DNA of 64,000 nucleotides, taken from NCBI GenBank assembly GCA_964016885.1, contig OZ024740.1, positions 385,206,001 to 385,270,000 of the forward strand. The letters are read 5' to 3'. The stretch comes from Eledone cirrhosa (taxonomy: Eukaryota). The notes beneath the pieces are model-generated. The model had not been told where the DNA came from. It made no database searches and worked only from the letters and a program-made list of their open reading frames with translations. Shown here in pieces: positions 58,318 through 64,000 of this stretch; position 1 is the stretch's first letter, and every line of letters starts with the position of its first letter. The translations under genes and the position numbers were made by a program.

Positions 58318-59205
58318 ATTAAATGTTTTAAACACTTATCTTTCCTTTTCAAAACGAAGGAATAATCAAAATTCTAAATAGTTTATATACACTTCCCAAA
58401 CCAGAGTATCCAAATCAATGTTGGACTACTACCCATTTTAGAGGGTATATTTCACCAGCACTCCCATTGTAAAGTTAATCACAAAATTATACATTGAGTT
58501 TTAACATTTTTGTAATTGCTGTTATTAAATTTTTATTATTGGAGTAATGTGTCTATTGTATAAATAATCAAAGGTGACGGTTTAAGAGCAACTACCAATT
58601 TCTATTCTTTACCGTTTTCTTACGCACCCCTCCTTGCCTTACAGTGACATCCCTACCACTCCTTGTCTGTCTATCAGTGTTCCTCCTCAATCGTATGGCT
58701 CCCTCAAGAGAATGGTAGTGCCCACTTTGGGAATCACTGCTCTAGACAAGTGTGTCATATTTACACATGTTTACAACATTTAAACTATATATGTATGTAC
58801 TGAATGTAACGAACGTCTATCTAGTTTATGTTGCGTCTATATTACGATATTAATCAAGCAATCAAGTTCTCGTAATTGGTGCAGCCAGTGGTTGAGGTGT
58901 CACTCTAGACGGTTTACTGTGTGTCCATCGTGGCATTTCAATGGACCGTAGAAATGCTTGGAAGAGCCCATCTCCTTTCCAGGCGCCCAGTCTTTCAATA
59001 TATTTAGCCTGCCATCATAAGCAATTATCGAGGTGCGGCTGAAAATTTTCCAGGGTTAAAAGTGAGAGTTAGGTGTACCCTTCCATCTTTAAGGGTGCTG
59101 TTGATGTTAATACGCACACCTAATCCACGAAATGGTTACACTAGATGGAACATGGGTAATCGTTAACGAAGCTCGCAATTACTTTCTTCGTGCAGAAATA
59201 TTAAC

Positions 59206-59237
<32 letters not shown>

Positions 59238-59341
59238 ATAAAGGGAAAAGGTTTTACATTACCTGCATGGATTTGGATTTGGCACTAACGACACGACTCT
59301 GCATTTTCAGCTTAATCGTAAGCAGTTACTCTTGATACAAG

Positions 59342-59501
59342 CAGTGTCGGGTTTACCATTGTGCTAAGCACTGGGGGTTAGGACGCGGGGGGGGGGGGGG
59401 CATATTCCAGCCAAAAACATTTTTTACGATGAATTTTTCAAATGTTTTGGACCTTATATGTTAACTAGCACAGGGCCTCATTTGTCCTAAATCCGGCAAT
59501 G
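59342..59501. mobile_element. hAT-family MITE with an 8-bp target-site duplication
   Basis: TIRs CAGTGTCGGGTTTA / TAAATCCGGCAATG; GATACAAG is duplicated at 59334-59341 and 59502-59509. Confidence 0.85.
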
Positions 59502-59706
59502 GATACAAGCCTGTCTCTTTAAAATAAATAAATTTAAAGTGGGAGTGTATCGACCAGAGCCTGTGTTTGGTCATGGTCAGTTATATACATAGTTTTTACA
59601 TAAAATTTTTAAAAAATCAAGAGCACCTGAAATTTCGGATTTCACCACACATGAAACAGGGACATCTCTTAAAATTGATCATATTTTTACAAACAAATGT
59701 GGCCAT

Positions 59707-59895
59707 AAATGTACTTCTGAGGTAAAATATATGTATAGATTTTTATGATGCAAACGCTGACTTTTATATAGTTAACTAAAGTATTAAAAAATGAACTTCT
59801 GAGGTAAAAAATCTATACATAAAAAGTTTATTATGCAAATATTCTCTTTAGAATAGTTGACTAAAATATGAATACAATGCACATCTGAGGTAAAA
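59707..59895. repeat. Diverged ~83-87-bp tandem repeat (~2.2 copies)
   Basis: AATG(T/A/C)AC(T/A)TCTGAGGTAAAA occurs three times. Confidence 0.75.
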
Positions 59896-61503
59896 GAGAT
59901 GTAACAAATTCAAGAAAACAATAACTTTTCTATTGTTATAATGATTATGGATTTTATTGGGTTGTTGTTAATTCATAAGATTGAAACGGACAATTTCACA
60001 TAAACTGATTGTATTGGCAATCTATATGTTTGAATATAAAATTTTCTAAACAATTTTTAATAAGATCTAGTTAGCCATATGCAAACTTAGTGACAAATGA
60101 GTAAAATAATTGGAGATAAACCGTTGGTTAAGATATGTTTTGAGTCTGTATCGAAATGAAGAGTTTGATATCGCTTAAAAGATTCGCGTATGTATATAGT
60201 GAAAATATAGCTCAAATGAAAATTTTATGAATTTTGGTAAAATCCCTACCATCACCCACATACATCTTTATATCAGACTATTGCAGTATTGTTGCTATTC
60301 ATAATTGAACTGTATTATATTTTCCCACCGAGGTTAACTTTGCCTTTCATCCTTACGGGGTCGATAAAATAAAGTACCAGTAATGTACTGAGTAATTGCT
60401 GGCCTTGTGCCAAAAGTAGAAACAATTATATTTTCAATAATAGATATTTATATACAACAGCGTATATTAGAAAATATTAGTTGACTTTAATCCTCGTTGT
60501 GAAAACTCACGCTTAATATAAAAGCGTTTGGCTATAGATGTTTTTCTGGTTGGGAGAATATGAGTATTTCTCAATTGATAAACGGCCAATTAACCGTGAA
60601 AGATGTGTAGGCAATCTCTTATGATTTTCCGTGTACAAAAAAACAAGAAACAAAACTGTTTTCATACTTGTTTACATTTTCACAGCAAGGTTTACAAACT
60701 GTATTATACCTACATACAATTTAATTTACTATTATTTTTATTAATAATTTATATTTAGTGTAAACATGCAAATGAGAATCTTTATATTTTATTTTATTTT
60801 AAATTAGCAAATATTTTTTATTTTGAAAGTTTACTATTCATATCATTATATCGTATAAAATGAAATTTGAAAACTGTAAAATTATCATTATTATGCCTTT
60901 ATAACACTGCTTGATTTTATCCACATGTAGCAAAATTATACCCATTATTTGATGGGTAACACTTAGTTTTATATATAATAAATACATATAAAATTGTGTG
61001 ACAGTCATCCGATCGCTCTCCGCTCCTGACATATGCCATATCCCGACTGCAATCACAACATATCCAGATTTCATGAAATTTATTGGAGAGCAATACTTTT
61101 CTTTCTAACCACATTTTGTTTTAAGTGATACTTAATAGAAGTTGATAGTTTAGGCGAGGAGAAAAACCCCAGTCTCTGTTTAATATTGCAATGCTATATC
61201 TTTCAACAATTTACCTTTATCAGGCAGAAGGAAATTAGTTACAATACATTGCCAAAGTAAAGAGGGCAAACAATCATCACAAACGACCGGACTGACAGCT
61301 GGATTCATTCTGCACGCAATAATAGTCGTTCGAATAAAAATTGTTTTCTTTAAAATTGATAGTGGTGGTTCATACCTTTAATTACTATTACTTACAGTTA
61401 TTTCCTTCATCTGTGACACATACAGACATTAAAAAAATGTTTTAAAGAAAATTCAAAAAGAATTTTGATCTTTTAAATCTGTCGTTATCTCGCGTTTAAG
61501 ATT

Positions 61504-61710
61504 ATGCAAATCCTTTCACCTTTTCGACATTTGTAATGAAAGAAGTTTAACAAACAGGGCACACCTGATATACAAATAGACCAATAGCTATCAGTTTAGC
61601 CATCACGTGTCAAAGGTATTTTCCTTTATCTTTTGTCAACTACAACCACCCTCTGCTACATTCAATGTCAACATCGCAACAAGTTAATAAACGACGTTGA
61701 CCTATATAAG
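61504..61710 (+). promoter_or_regulatory. Possible Pol II promoter/enhancer motif cluster
   Basis: Octamer ATGCAAAT (61504), CCAAT (61581), E-box CACGTG (61604) and TATATAAG (61703) in promoter-like order within repeat-poor DNA; no exon identified. Confidence 0.25.
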
Positions 61711-64000
61711 AATTGGTGTTCTCAACAAAGTGTGTTGTTAAATATATAAATATCTGGATGAAACAGATTTTGATAGCGAAGAAACCTTAAAAAGTTTTCA
61801 AATTCTAAATAACTTTTAATCAGACTTAGTACCAAATTTTTATATCTAGAATTAGATTTAATTGAAAAAAAAATTTCGTGTATCTCTCTCTCTCTCACAC
61901 ATATATTAACATCGTATCAGTCATACAATGGAAGGGTCGATGGGGTACCATTGTTCGTCGTGGCTTGGGGCATTAGTTAACCTTAATCCTGTCCTGTGCT
62001 GATCCTAGTATATCATCATATGTTTCCTCCAGTCCCTTGAACAATTGAAAAGCGAAGTCGATTCCATCGACATTTAAATTGAACAAATAAATTGAATACT
62101 GAATTAGTGACGCTCTTCCGTGTATAATAATGTTCTCTTTGATCACAACTCACAGTCGAATTTTGTAAAGGAAAAATTTAAAGCTTAGAATTGACTCACT
62201 GATATTCTATTTAATCGACATCAAAGACACGAAAAGCTAAGTTAACTTCGATGACTGGTTATTATAATTATTATTATTTGTGGCCAATAAATGAAACCAT
62301 TATTATTATTATTAGAAAATGACAGATGATAAAGGCGTTAAAAAGTTTTTCACTTCTCCCTATTAGTTTGGGGTACTCTCTCTCACTCTCTCTTTGTATT
62401 TAATAATAACATAGGCCTTTTAAACAGTTTTATTTTAATAATAACTTTATCTGAAATAACTCACTTTGGTGTTTAGTCAAGTATTTAATAATACAGGGCA
62501 CGTTAACCAAAAATGACGGCTTGGTTTATTACTGACCCAAACACCTGTTGAACTTGACATTAAATAATAGAAGCCCGCTTTATTATTCTTTCTTCTGCTG
62601 TTTCAAATTTATATTAATACTTCAATATCGTCCAGAATCAAATCAAAGTTTTGAAATATTAAATTAACTGAAAAATTCTGAATTTAATTTTCAGTTCAGA
62701 TTAGTATGTGCGGTTGTCACTCATGACAAAAATGTTATCGTATATAGGCATTTATGGACGAATATATATGTAATGTATATAACGTGCAAAGTCTTGTTTA
62801 GCTACAGGTCAATTCTGACCAAGCAGACTACTAACTAATCTAAAATATTTCAACTGTGACTATCACGACGTTTTAAAACCGTAGAGTGTGATTTAAAGGA
62901 AATCCGGCTGCTATTTTTAGCAGACTGAATGGCCACGTAAAAGCTACCTCGCTGGCTCGAAGTATGCAGTACAGTGTTGATATACGGTGCTGCGGCTTTT
63001 ACTGATGTTTTTCTTTACCGGCTATCGTCATTAGTCTCAACCACCCCTGTTGTCATTGCTTTGCCCATTCGCTTTCTTTCTAGTTCCCTTCTCTCTTTTA
63101 CACTAGTTTCTTCTCACACTCCCTCCCTCGTTCCTCTTGTTTCTTTTACTCTCTCGTCCTCTTTCTCTTTCTCTCTCCCTCTCTTTTCTGACTCTTACTC
63201 GCTTTCCCCACTTCGTTTTTGTCTCTCCAACACTAACAGAAGAAAATAAAGTCATTTACAGGATACTATTCACTTTTTATCCCCTTAATCATTTACTCAT
63301 TCTTTTTCTTGTTTCTTCGTTCATTCTCTTTTTCTCTCTCTCTCTCTCTTCCATCCTTTATTACTGTAAAAGAAAGCAACACTCTGTCCTTTATTTCCTT
63401 CTATCCCACTCACACGCATTCTATCTATCCTGTTCCTACTCCTCCGCTCCTCGTTCTCTCGGGACACGCTTAGCAGAGGCAGCTTGGCATATTGCCAGCC
63501 GAGTTTAGCAGTCGATTTTTACACACAGGAATAACTATCACGTTTATTTAAACCGAGCAACAATATTGAAGAAAGGATAAAGAGTGAGAAAAAGAGATAG
63601 AGAAAAGACAAAGAGAGGGAGCGAAAGCGGGATGGATGAGGGGGGAGAAAGTTAGTAAAAAAAATAATAAAAGGAGAATGGGGGAAAGATCTGAATAAAG
63701 CGGAAAAGATAGTGATAAAAGAACAAAAAACGAGTACGAATTGCATTTTCCATATAATTTTCTTTTCCTTTTTTTATTTTTATTATTTCAAAATTCAGGG
63801 GCTATCACTAATTGACTCGGTAAAACACCCTCGCTCCTTTTCTACCTTCACTCAGTCAGTCACTCACTCACTTCCACCACCTTTACTCAATCTGGCACAG
63901 TGTTGCTCTTCCTCTCACCACTGCCACCACCACTATCGCATCTTCTCACCTGTACAACAACAAATCTACTGTCCACGTTATTTAGTTGTATACGGCCCAC

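Overview
AT-rich eukaryotic (animal) repeat-dense DNA with no host protein-coding exon I can recognise. The tRNA-derived SINE motif (GAGTTCAAATCCCGCCGAGGTTAACTTTGCCTTTCATCC...GTCGATAAAATAAAGTACCAGT) and the long (TA)n/(TG)n tracts resemble octopus genomes; the taxon is my inference from memory. Most listed ORFs are microsatellite artefacts. The window is dominated by Penelope-like retroelements (PLEs) of at least three apparent clades (RT and GIY-YIG remnants at 4.1-5.5, 26.8-27.6, 28.2-29.2, 33.6-34.7, 44.4-46.2, 46.9-47.9 and 50.1-50.6 kb). It also holds fragments of CRE and RTE LINEs, mariner/Tc1, hAT elements and many SINEs. The main hidden signal, folded by eye, is about 17 type I hammerhead-ribozyme (HHR) motifs, intact or variant, in PLE terminal repeats and in short non-coding elements. 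Two non-coding elements carry two HHRs in direct repeats with cleavage sites 526 nt (23.4-24.0 kb) and 542 nt (31.5-32.2 kb) apart. That is the layout of retrozymes, which produce small circular RNAs. Ribozyme activity is untested and element boundaries are approximate.
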